A stretch of 64,000 nucleotides of DNA from an uncultured Methanoregulaceae archaeon (GTDB lineage: Archaea > Halobacteriota > Methanomicrobia > Methanomicrobiales > Methanospirillaceae). Positions 18,481 to 28,136 of this stretch are shown one piece after another. The stretch spans positions 992,001 through 1,056,000 of the forward strand of contig OY969564.1 in assembly GCA_963701095.1 (NCBI GenBank). The letters run 5' to 3'. The position numbers and the translations under genes were made by a program. Below the pieces are notes generated by a model. That model searched no databases, was not told where the DNA came from, and worked only from the letters and a program-made list of their open reading frames with translations. How positions within the stretch are numbered: position 1 is the first letter of the stretch; every line of letters begins with the position of its first letter.

Positions 18481-19143
18481 TTATTCTGTCTGATCACCAA
18501 CCGGCAGCACTTCTTTGTAGAACCGTTTGCCTACCCACCAGATGAGAATCCCAATAAAGATCCATGATAACTCGGCAATATACGTGTTAAAGAATGCAAT
18601 GCCAATTGAGATAAGAAAAACTCCGGAGATAAGGAGCTCTCGCATGATAAAATAGTGTACAGTTACCTGAGGGAGGTCAGGATCAGAGAACCTTCGATCT
18701 TTCGTCGCATAATACCAGAGCGCAACAAAAATAAAACCGGCAAAAGCCTGAGTAAGGGCATAAAATATGACTGCAACCTGAGATTCGGGATATTGGATGA
18801 TCAAAGAAGTCTGGAACGGGATCAACGTAATACAAAAGAGAAACAGGAGGTTCAAACAGAGAAGAATGCGGTCTGCCTTGATAATATGCTGGAAAATCTG
18901 GTGATGGTTCATCCACCAGGTCCCTATGATAATGAAGCTGATGGTATAAATTAAGAACGTCGGCCATTCATTGACGAGATGCATCGTAAGTTCTGTCGAA
19001 ACATTGTTTTTTGCAATAACCGGAACTGCGAGAGAAAGAACCATCAGTGTGATGCAAAAGGAGAATACGCAGTCCGTAAAATTGAGCACGCGTTCAAAGT
19101 TCTTAAAAAACCGGTGGTGTGGATGGGGATCTTTAGATGACAT
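18481..19143 (-). CDS. TMEM175 family potassium channel
   Basis: ERVLNFTDCVFSFCITLMVL (RxxxFSD-like), SFIIIGTWWMNHH, LIPF; about 6 TM. Confidence 0.85.
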   Translation of the reverse strand: MSSKDPHPHHRFFKNFERVLNFTDCVFSFCITLMVLSLAVPVIAKNNVSTELTMHLVNEWPTFLIYTISFIIIGTWWMNHHQIFQHIIKADRILLCLNLLFLFCITLIPFQTSLIIQYPESQVAVIFYALTQAFAGFIFVALWYYATKDRRFSDPDLPQVTVHYFIMRELLISGVFLISIGIAFFNTYIAELSWIFIGILIWWVGKRFYKEVLPVGDQTE

Positions 19144-19316
19144 GATTGTTTTCCTCGTCAATTTTTTATTAATACCAGAATTTTAAAGAGATCAGACCCC
19201 GTAAAAATTCGTCCTCGCAATCCAGGCAGATGATGAGGAGAGAGGGTGAGGAACCCATCATCGTCAATCGCCCATCTGATCGTATCACGAGTCTGGCGTT
19301 TCATGGATCTAATCAT

Positions 19317-19751
19317 TCAGAGGTTTTCCCTTTTCAGCGGCGTTGTTTTTTCAAAATCCCGGTTTACAGTGGCCCAGTATATCGTTCTGAAAAGGCGGTG
19401 GATCAGGTTCTTGTCAGAAGAGGTTTTGTTGATGACAGTGAATGCACCGTTCCGGGTTGCTTCTTCTCTTACGGTGCAGGCATCATGTGCAGTGAAGAGA
19501 ATAAAAGGGAATGTGTAACCGCGGGAACGAAATTCCTGCAGTAACGTAATCCCGTTTATGCCTCCCGGCATTTCGTAGTCAGCGACAATCACATCTGCGG
19601 TAGACGTTGACAGCCATTCAAGTGCAGATTCTCCGGAATGAAGGATTTTGAGCGTAATCGATCCCAACCTTTCACAGAATGCTCCAACTAACATGCACAT
19701 GCCAAGATCGTCATCAACATACAGGATGGATATGGTCGAGTTTTCTCTCAT
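19317..19751 (-). CDS. Stand-alone response regulator receiver protein
   Basis: LYVDDD, ADYEMP (phospho-Asp), FTAH, INK; ATGA overlap with the upstream COG1361 gene. Confidence 0.85.
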   Translation of the reverse strand: MRENSTISILYVDDDLGMCMLVGAFCERLGSITLKILHSGESALEWLSTSTADVIVADYEMPGGINGITLLQEFRSRGYTFPFILFTAHDACTVREEATRNGAFTVINKTSSDKNLIHRLFRTIYWATVNRDFEKTTPLKRENL

Positions 19752-21064
19752 TTTCTCCTCACGTGCACAACTGCGTAGATTATTCCTATAATCGCCCCGA
19801 CCACAACGGTCATAGCGACCGGATTAGACACGATTCCCTGAATGCCGGCAAGGTTTTTTACATCAATTGCCACTTTCAGGGGGTCTGAGACATAGGTATC
19901 ATCGATAGCGTCATTGTACCGGATTTCCGAATCAAGACCGTATTCCTTAATCGTCGCATCGCTTGCGACACTTAACTGGTATGAAGCCACCGCAGTCTGC
20001 CCGGGGGCGAGAGTACCAAGATAAGCAATATTTGAAGAACCGGTGAACGGGGAAACTACACTGATACGAGCCTCAGCGTTGTTTATGGTGGAATCCCCGG
20101 TATTCTGGTATTCCACCTGGATTGTCTGCTTGCTTCCCGGGCTCATCTCGACCGGGGAAGAAAGTATCGCGAAATCCACCTTTTTGCCGACGTCCACGCC
20201 AATGGTCTGGGTTTGTGAACTGACAAAATCGCCTTCATCGTTCTGGTAGACGACGACAACGTCTATCGGGTAGGTTTTATTAATCGCATCATCTGCCACA
20301 GCGACCTTGTACTGGCAGGAAACAGTGCTGCCTGCCGGGAAGTCGCCTATATAGACGCTGGTGTCCACAGGTATGACCGGGCTTGCCTGGTTCTGAACGA
20401 TCTGGACGATCGCTTTGGACCCGTCAAGCGACCCGATATTCTTGATGGTCAGGTTTACGTAACCCTCTGCACCCGCAACCAGCGAGTCTGATGTCGCTGA
20501 GACCACCCGGGGGTTCACCTCGGATTTGATGGACAGCGGAACCATGAGAGTAACATTATACGGCTGGTAATAATACCGGAGAGTGTCGAGGCCATACTGG
20601 TCGACACGGGAATACTGGGTATAACTGATGTTAAGCGGGATCTGATAGGTCCCGCCCTGAGCGTCCTCGTTGACCTTCGCACAGAATGTCACCGTTTCCT
20701 GAGCCTCGCTTGCGATATCACCGATCATCCGGGGATCACTTTTTATTACGATGGGGGCGTCTCCGGCCTCCATTTCGACCGTCACAAACTTTGCTGTCGT
20801 GGGGACATCCGCCCGGTCGACGATGTCGGGTGCTATTTCATAGTTCGTACTTATCCCGGTGTTTTGGATCACGACCGGGATCTGAATTTCGCTGCCGGCC
20901 GTATACTGGTCATTACCGGCTATGTACGCCGTAAGGTTCGGACTGCCTTCCAGGTATTTAGTACCGGCAAGTACCGGCGTTGCAAAACATACCATAAAAA
21001 CGAGGAAGATTAAGACGTACCTTCCCGTTTTTGCTTTACGTACCATTGAGATCATTGTTTTCAC
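19748..21064 (-). CDS. COG1361 S-layer-domain surface protein (paralog 3)
   Basis: Signal peptide, GSPNL, NTG/YIGD/YLG Ig-like repeats, YGLDSEIRY, C-terminal TM + RRK. Confidence 0.85.
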   Translation of the reverse strand: MKTMISMVRKAKTGRYVLIFLVFMVCFATPVLAGTKYLEGSPNLTAYIAGNDQYTAGSEIQIPVVIQNTGISTNYEIAPDIVDRADVPTTAKFVTVEMEAGDAPIVIKSDPRMIGDIASEAQETVTFCAKVNEDAQGGTYQIPLNISYTQYSRVDQYGLDTLRYYYQPYNVTLMVPLSIKSEVNPRVVSATSDSLVAGAEGYVNLTIKNIGSLDGSKAIVQIVQNQASPVIPVDTSVYIGDFPAGSTVSCQYKVAVADDAINKTYPIDVVVVYQNDEGDFVSSQTQTIGVDVGKKVDFAILSSPVEMSPGSKQTIQVEYQNTGDSTINNAEARISVVSPFTGSSNIAYLGTLAPGQTAVASYQLSVASDATIKEYGLDSEIRYNDAIDDTYVSDPLKVAIDVKNLAGIQGIVSNPVAMTVVVGAIIGIIYAVVHVRRK

Positions 21065-21067
21065 TCC

Positions 21068-22362
21068 TCATTTTTTCTTTCTCATCACAAGCGTGTAGTA
21101 TCCAGTACCTATCACAATGAGGACAAGAAGGGTGAGGACTACAGGAATCTGCCGGAGCCCAATGGTCGCTGATGGTTCAGCGACTGTGACCGGTGCCGTG
21201 AAGGTATCAGAGATCTGACTGTTGTCGAGTTCATCGCGATACCTGACTTCGGTATTGAGGGGATAGGTTCCCGGAGTCGCCCCGCTCGCGGCTGAGATGG
21301 CATAATGGGCTGTCACTTTTCCACCGGGAGGAATATTTCCGAGATATGCAAGGGTATCTGAACTTGAGAGCGGGTTATAGGTGGAAAGCCGGGCTTCAGC
21401 ACGGTTTGCGGTAATCGAGCCCATATTCTGGTATTCCACATCAATCACGCTGTCAGATCCCTGCGTAACCACCGCCGGGGGAGAGACAACGGCAAAGGAG
21501 AGCTGGCAGCCACCGGCACACCGACCGTATCGATTGCCGAAGTTACGGTATTACCATCCGAGTTCGTATAGGTTACTTCAACGTCAACCGGATAGGTCTG
21601 CTGCTCTGCAGCGCTTGACACGGATACCTTATACTGGCAGGAGACAACGCCACCCCTGGGGAAATCCCCGATGTAGACACTGTCGTCAGTCGGGATTATG
21701 GCACTGTCACCGTGCTGCAGTATTTTGACTGAAGCCTGGGTTCCGTCCTCGTACCCGATATTTTTGATAGTAAGGTTGATGTACCCTTCCGTCCCGACTG
21801 CAAGCCCCGACGCCTCAGCCGCGATCACATCGGTCCGGACGACCGGTTGTATCGTGACCGTGAGCGGGATTGTCAGGTTCACGGGAGAGTATACAGCCCC
21901 GACCTCGTCACTGGTCGGCTGGTTAAGCAAACTGTTGGAGAGATACGTATACTGGACCGTAAGGGGAAGGGTGTATTCACCGAGCGTCGCATCTGACGTG
22001 ATCTTTGCTGTGAAACTCGCAGTTGCCACCCCGGGGCTTGGCAGATCACCAAGGTTCTGTGCATCTGTCGTGATGTTGATGGGCGTTCCTTCCCCGGAAA
22101 GCCCAACGGTGACGAGCTTTGCGGTAGTCGGGAGATCGGCTTGGGGCAGGGTTCCCTCGTTGGTGTAGAGTACCTGGCTTGTCCCGCTGTTCTGGATGTC
22201 GACGATAATTGTGGCATCCTGTCCCGGGGAGAACTGGTTCGTCCCGGCGATATACGCCGTTATCTGGGGCGAGCCCCCGAGATATTTTTCTGCCCCCAGT
22301 ACCGGCATGGTGCAGCATACTGCCGCGAGGACCAGGAGCGCAATTGTGGTGTAGGATTTCAT
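21068..22362 (-). CDS. COG1361 S-layer-domain surface protein (paralog 2; frameshift near 21503-21507)
   Basis: ORFs 21445-22362 and 21068-21472 join with one extra base (VAA[K/Q]LSFAVVSPPAVVTQGS) into a protein colinear with the other two paralogs. Confidence 0.85.
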
Positions 22363-22389
22363 GGAATGTGCCTCTGTAATGCGTTTTTT

Positions 22390-24714
22390 TCAACTAGTCT
22401 GGACTTCCTGTTTTTGAAGAATCTCGGATTCGATCTTTTGATGGTGATTTCTCGTCTCAAGCCATTCGGTGAACTGGCCCATGAGGGAGAGTACAGCGGG
22501 CATGATGAAGATGGCGCCAAAGAGGGAGAACCCAATGGCGATCAGGGTACTGATGCCGAAGTTACTGATGATGGGGAACGTGGAGAGACAGAGTGCCGAA
22601 AATCCAAAGAAGGTGGCAAGGCCGGAGACGGTGATTGCAGACCCGATCCTGCTCACGCTTTCCTTGATCGCAGCAATATGGTCGTGGAGTTGTTCCTCCT
22701 CCTCTGAGTAACGTTCCATCACAAGGATCGTATATTCGGCAGCAACCCCGATGGTCATGGAGCCGAGCGTTGCCGTCATCGGGGAGTAAGCTATCCCCAG
22801 CATGTACATTACCACTGAGTTCCAGCCAACGATCAGAATGATGGGGATGAGCGGCGAGATCGCGTGGATATGCCGGTACACACAGATCAGGAAGACAAAG
22901 ATCAGGCCAAACCCGAGATAGGTCATCTCATCCTTGGACGAGTCCAGACCAGCAACGAGTGAAGTAAATATATCGAATTCTCCCGTCGGGTTGACCGAAA
23001 TACCCGGCGGCGGCTGGAGGAAGGCGATATCGTCGACAATCTGCTTTTTAAGATCTTCCTGCTGGGGCATCTGGAGGTCAGCCATGCCAAAGTGTATAAC
23101 GCCTCTTGTTGATCCGCTGATGTACTGGTCTTTGATACCTTCCGGCATTCTGGCAAGCGCTGCATCCACCTGGCTCTGGGTCTGGGGCAGCACACCGCCA
23201 TTGTAGGCCACAATATACGTGACAATACTTGTAGCCGATTTGAGATCGGCGTGATGAGTAAGTTCGTAATCCTGGAATGTTTTGATCCATTGTACTGTAT
23301 CGAGATCGGTGACTCTCGCACCCTCGACATAGATGTCAGCGGTGGTAAGTCCCCCTAAGACCCTTGTCACTTTATCAATCTGGATCTTGGCTGGCATATT
23401 TGGCGGGACAAAATTGTTCTCATTAGCCTCGATAGGAATAAGCGGGTCTACCTGGTATCCGATTACGGCGATGAGCGCTACGATCAGGAGAATGGGGACC
23501 GGATTTTTCGCGATCTTCACTGAGGCATTGGTGAGAAACTGGGCATATGACCAGGATTTCTTTTTCTTTTGCGCCGGGAGTGAGTCGCATGCATCCGTAC
23601 CGACTGCATAGCAGACCTGGGGTACAGCCGGTTTAGGCTTATAGTGAATGACGTGGGCGAGCGCAGGTATACCCACAAGGGAGACGCAATAGCAGCTCAT
23701 GATCCCTATCATGGCCACAAGGCCGAAGGACTGGACCATGGGGATCGTTGAGACAAACATCGCTGCAAAGCCCAGGGATGTTGCAAGCATGGCGTACATA
23801 ACGGCCGGCCCGGTCTTTGTGATGGTTGTAAACACGGCATCGTCAAGCGAACCTTTCCGGGCCTCCTCGTCGAGCCGGGAATGGAACTGGATCGCATAAT
23901 CGATCCCAAGACCGATCATGACCGGAAATGCTCCCATTACCGCGAGAGTCAGCGGGATACCGGCCAACCCCATCAGACCCATAGCAGTCGTAAGACCAAG
24001 GGCTACAAACAGGACGGGAATAAACCGGTGGCTGACATACGAGAACAGCAGGCCCATGACGATAATCATCAGGATAAGGGCTCCACCAATCAGCATACCG
24101 GTATTCATACTCATCTCGTTCTGCATCTGCTGTCTGAATGCAGGAGTCCCGGACATCTCGACACTTACACCGGCCGGTGGGTTGGACTGGGCAACAGCCA
24201 GGTTCACCGTGTCCAGAGCCTTGATTTCTGAAGCCGTCGAAAGGCCGTTATCGAGGTTTATCTGCACCAGGGTCAGGACATTTGACGGTATCACAATGGT
24301 CTTGACTGATGGCGGGATCTCGTTTGCGAGCGCATCGATCTCACCTTTGGTCTGGGGAAGGACCCCGTTGTTCTCGCTTTTTAAGACATCAGCAACGCTC
24401 TCTGTACCGGAAATATACTGCTGTTGCCGGATGTCGCCCTCGAGCCTGTCGAGATATTTGAGCACGCTCGGGTTCAGTGGATCACTGGTGTCGACTATCA
24501 GGACAATGGAATCCGTATTCAGTGTCTGGGAATACTGGTAATCGATGGCGCCTTCCGGTGAATTCTTGTCTATATAGGTAAAATCGCCGGTATCCATGGT
24601 GATCATAGTCGCACCAAAAATGGCAATAACTAAAACTGCTGCAATAACGCAGATCACCATTTTTGGATGCCGGTTAACGAACCGTGCGATTGAACTGAAG
24701 ATCTGATCAATCAT
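22390..24714 (-). CDS. RND superfamily transporter, HAE3/MMPL family
   Basis: Internal duplication with about 12 TM and two extracytoplasmic loops; GLGIDYAIQF and GVAAEYTILVMERY motifs. Confidence 0.9.
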   Translation of the reverse strand: MIDQIFSSIARFVNRHPKMVICVIAAVLVIAIFGATMITMDTGDFTYIDKNSPEGAIDYQYSQTLNTDSIVLIVDTSDPLNPSVLKYLDRLEGDIRQQQYISGTESVADVLKSENNGVLPQTKGEIDALANEIPPSVKTIVIPSNVLTLVQINLDNGLSTASEIKALDTVNLAVAQSNPPAGVSVEMSGTPAFRQQMQNEMSMNTGMLIGGALILMIIVMGLLFSYVSHRFIPVLFVALGLTTAMGLMGLAGIPLTLAVMGAFPVMIGLGIDYAIQFHSRLDEEARKGSLDDAVFTTITKTGPAVMYAMLATSLGFAAMFVSTIPMVQSFGLVAMIGIMSCYCVSLVGIPALAHVIHYKPKPAVPQVCYAVGTDACDSLPAQKKKKSWSYAQFLTNASVKIAKNPVPILLIVALIAVIGYQVDPLIPIEANENNFVPPNMPAKIQIDKVTRVLGGLTTADIYVEGARVTDLDTVQWIKTFQDYELTHHADLKSATSIVTYIVAYNGGVLPQTQSQVDAALARMPEGIKDQYISGSTRGVIHFGMADLQMPQQEDLKKQIVDDIAFLQPPPGISVNPTGEFDIFTSLVAGLDSSKDEMTYLGFGLIFVFLICVYRHIHAISPLIPIILIVGWNSVVMYMLGIAYSPMTATLGSMTIGVAAEYTILVMERYSEEEEQLHDHIAAIKESVSRIGSAITVSGLATFFGFSALCLSTFPIISNFGISTLIAIGFSLFGAIFIMPAVLSLMGQFTEWLETRNHHQKIESEILQKQEVQTS

Positions 24715-24764
24715 GATGTTTTCCTCTCGTCAGGAAGTGTTCCTTGGCAGAAATCCTCGAAATA

Positions 24765-26060
24765 TCACCGGGGTTTGAACCGCTTTACATAGACAACGTA
24801 CCCGGCAATGGCGAGAACGACGAGAAGAATGGCGACAAGACCAGGGATACCGAGCAGGTTCATGACGGATTTTGTCGGTACGACCTCAACGTTAGCCTTG
24901 AGCGGATCCGAAGTGAACTGGTTATCGAGTGAATCCCGGTAGATCACTTCAGCATCCAGGCCATACTGTTTTACAGTCGCGGTCGGGTCAATCGAGACAT
25001 CAAAAGAAGCCGTGCGGATATCGCCAGGGGCCATCGTTCCCAAAAACGCCGTGTCGTCGTTGCTTGTGAAGGGGTCGATAGCGCTGATCCGCGCCGCAGC
25101 GTTATAAGCGGTTGTCCCGCCGGTATTCTGGAACTGGTAGGTGATAACAGCATTTGCGCCGGAAGTAACATTTGCCGCAACTGGAGTGACACTGAAATCG
25201 ACCTTTTTGTTGACTGGTACGCCGACAGTCTCGATAGGTGAATCAACATAATCTCCTTCATAATTCTTGTAATAGACGAGTACATCGAGCGGGTAGGTCT
25301 TTTGCTGGGCATCGCTTGATATCTGGGCCCTGAAGGTGCAGTTTACGGTAGATCCTATCGGGTAATCTCCCACATAGAAACTCCCGTCCGTAGGTACTAT
25401 CGGGCTCTGCCCGTTCTGCTGGATCCGGATTACGGCGTTCTGGCCATTGTCAGACCCGACATTCTTGACCGTTAAGAAAACATATCCCTCGATCCCGGCG
25501 TTCAGGTTCTCAGCTTCCACATTAGAAACTGCAACCTGTACCTCAGGCTTGATTGTGATAGGTATGCTGATGGTCTCGTTTACGGTCTTGTACTGGTAGT
25601 TTAGTGTTTCATCGCCTTCCTGGTTTGCCTGGTACAGGTATGTGTAATTAAGGATCACTGGTAGCTGGTAGGTTCCGGCTGCCGCATACTTGTTGACAGT
25701 AATATGGAAGATGGCAGTAGCTGTAGCACTCGCCGGAAGATCGCCCATTATCTGGGGATCGGCTTTGACAACAAGAGGCGCATCTCCTGCATCCAGAGTT
25801 GCCGTCAGCTGCTTTGCCGTGTTCGAAAGATCGACGGGTGTGATATAACCAGACTCGACAATCATGAACTGGTTGAGCCCGGTGTTTCCGATGACAACCT
25901 GGAGGTTTACATCGTCACCCGGAGAAAATTCATTCGTGCTTGCAATATGTGCATCCAACTGGGGGCTCCCTGCCATGACCTTGGTCCCCGCTGATACCGG
26001 GGCGATGGCGAGGGTGATTACCGCCAATGCAGCAAGGCACACATACAAGTATCCTCTCAT
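24765..26060 (-). CDS. COG1361 S-layer-domain surface protein (paralog 1)
   Basis: Signal peptide MRGYLYVCLAALAV, GSPQL, YGLDAEVIY, C-terminal TM + KRFKPR; start uncertain (26060/26108/26159). Confidence 0.85.
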   Translation of the reverse strand: MRGYLYVCLAALAVITLAIAPVSAGTKVMAGSPQLDAHIASTNEFSPGDDVNLQVVIGNTGLNQFMIVESGYITPVDLSNTAKQLTATLDAGDAPLVVKADPQIMGDLPASATATAIFHITVNKYAAAGTYQLPVILNYTYLYQANQEGDETLNYQYKTVNETISIPITIKPEVQVAVSNVEAENLNAGIEGYVFLTVKNVGSDNGQNAVIRIQQNGQSPIVPTDGSFYVGDYPIGSTVNCTFRAQISSDAQQKTYPLDVLVYYKNYEGDYVDSPIETVGVPVNKKVDFSVTPVAANVTSGANAVITYQFQNTGGTTAYNAAARISAIDPFTSNDDTAFLGTMAPGDIRTASFDVSIDPTATVKQYGLDAEVIYRDSLDNQFTSDPLKANVEVVPTKSVMNLLGIPGLVAILLVVLAIAGYVVYVKRFKPR

Positions 26061-26182
26061 CCTCTCTCGTGCCTGGATACTCGTCGCTCCGGGCACGGGT
26101 TTCTGCATTTTTTCTTCTCTTAATTCACTCATAGGGTTCCTCGTTCGTGTTTTCCTCATTGTTTGTAAAACATATACAATAC

Positions 26183-26211
26183 TTAACTTTATTAAACTTA
26201 CGTTCAGTTAA
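26183..26211. promoter_or_regulatory. Candidate TetR operator / divergent promoter, TTAACT-N17-AGTTAA (copy 1)
   Basis: Inverted repeat enclosing TTTATTAAA; same arms and spacing upstream of the second tetR. Confidence 0.5.
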
Positions 26212-26274
26212 AAAACTCTATGTTTAAGCAATAGAACACAAAGAAGATATATTTAAAAAACAGACATTCTAATT

Positions 26275-26877
26275 ATGCCACGCATTAACAGTGAATATAG
26301 GGTGGATGCAAAAAGGAAGATCCTTAATGCAGCCTTAACGGTGGGCGAAGCTAAAGGTCTGGAGACGATCACCCTTGAAGAGATCTCCCAGAAGGTTGGC
26401 GTCACGAAAAGCGCACTCTATGCATACTTTCAGAACCGGGATGCGTTGATGAGGGAACTAGTCATTGAAGTTTTCTCCCGGTACCAATCGGAGATCAGGG
26501 AAACAATTGCCGATGATCCGGATATTTCGACGTTGCTGGAGCGTTTGGGCAAAATGCTTTTCGCCGGCCAAATCCAGTATGCGAGCCTCTTTGCACAGGT
26601 AATAAAGTTAAATATCGCAAGCGATCCGATATTGCGGGAAATACTTTCGGATATCTCTCACCGTTTAGAGTTAATCGGGAAGGAGATTTCCTATATGCAG
26701 GACCAAGGAAAAATCCTCAATAAAGGTGATCCGGATGAAATCTGGGCAACTGTAATAGCGCTTGCAATTGGTCTCAAGGTTTTGTCGAGTTTCCGGGGAT
26801 GGGATCAGGAGAGGGTTCGGCAAATGTGGGAAAATTCTGCTGAACTTATCGTATCTTCTCCAGCAGACGTTACATAA
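26275..26877 (+). CDS. TetR/AcrR family regulator (copy 1)
   Basis: ITLEEISQKVGVTKSALYAYFQNRDAL HTH; divergent from the RND operon. Confidence 0.9.
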   Translation: MPRINSEYRVDAKRKILNAALTVGEAKGLETITLEEISQKVGVTKSALYAYFQNRDALMRELVIEVFSRYQSEIRETIADDPDISTLLERLGKMLFAGQIQYASLFAQVIKLNIASDPILREILSDISHRLELIGKEISYMQDQGKILNKGDPDEIWATVIALAIGLKVLSSFRGWDQERVRQMWENSAELIVSSPADVT

Positions 26878-27153
26878 TGGATTTGTTAACGTGGCATAGG
26901 ATGATTTGATTGTCTATCTTTCAGAAAATGGTCAGAGCAGGTAATTAACTCCTTTAAAATTGTATTTTGATCACACAACATAACAGAAAGACAAAAAATA
27001 GAAGGTAGAGTTTGGATAACATGCCATTCCAGCTCACTCCGGGCACCATATACTGCCTTTTTTCTGCGATGGATTAATTCACATAAAGTGTTTTCTTTGT
27101 GAGGTTCATTCGGGTGAGCAGTGGAATTTACTGTTCGTTAATAATATGCATAT

Positions 27154-27182
27154 TTAACTTTATTAAATTTATATATAGTTAA
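27154..27182. promoter_or_regulatory. Candidate TetR operator TTAACT-N17-AGTTAA (copy 2)
   Basis: Arms identical to 26183-26211; spacer diverged. Confidence 0.5.
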
Positions 27183-27247
27183 TAGACATTATGTTTAGTT
27201 AAAAGAACACAAAGAGGATATATTTACAGGACAGATAACTCACAATT

Positions 27248-27850
27248 ATGCCACGCATTAACAGTGAATACCGGGAGGATGCCAAACGGAAGATTCTAAC
27301 TGCAGCTATAATTGTAGGCGAAACCAAAGGACTGGAGACTGTCACCCTCGAAGAGATCTCCCAAAGGGTTGGCGTCACGAAAAGCGCACTCTATGCATAT
27401 TTTGAGAACCGGGATGCGTTGATGAGGGAACTGGTCGTCGAGGTTTTCTCCCGGTTTCAATCGGATGTGAGGGATGCATTTACCGATGATCCGACTTTAC
27501 CGGTGATGCTGGAGCGCTTGGGAAATGTCCTGTTCGCCGGCCAAATCCACTATGCGAGCCTGTTTGCCCAGATAACGAAGTTAAATATCGCCAGTGATCC
27601 GCTTTTGCAAAAAATACTCCAGGATCTCTCTCAAGGCTCAGATATCATTATGGAACAGATTTCCCATATGCAGAAAGAGGGAAGAATTCCCAAAAAAGGT
27701 GATGCGGATGAAATTGGTATGACAATTATTGCGCTGGCAATTGGCATCAGGGTTATATCGAGTTTCCGGGGATTGGACGAGGAAAGGGTGCTGCAGATGT
27801 GGAAAAATGCGGCTCAACTAATTGTATCTCATCCATCGAAAGGAACATAA
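27248..27850 (+). CDS. TetR/AcrR family regulator (copy 2, tandem paralog)
   Basis: Same length (200 aa) and colinear with copy 1; HTH nearly identical. Confidence 0.9.
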   Translation: MPRINSEYREDAKRKILTAAIIVGETKGLETVTLEEISQRVGVTKSALYAYFENRDALMRELVVEVFSRFQSDVRDAFTDDPTLPVMLERLGNVLFAGQIHYASLFAQITKLNIASDPLLQKILQDLSQGSDIIMEQISHMQKEGRIPKKGDADEIGMTIIALAIGIRVISSFRGLDEERVLQMWKNAAQLIVSHPSKGT

Positions 27851-28136
27851 TTTTTGTTTCTTCGGACACAGTTGACGACGCGATAACCTCTGTTCGTGGG
27901 AAAGAGATTGATCGAAAAGAAGCGGATATGAGAAATCGCCTTGAGGATCACATTCAATATTATGATAAGAAGATCCAGATCCGGGAGAATGTGGGGCTCA
28001 CCGGTCCTTATCAGAAAATTCAAAAAAAGTGTTTTTTATTTGATTCGATATGCTTCTTTTGGGACCGTCATTTCAAATCGCGTGCCCTCAATGTGAAATC
28101 TGAGGCAAATTCGACTAAAACCGGGAGTTTTGCTTC

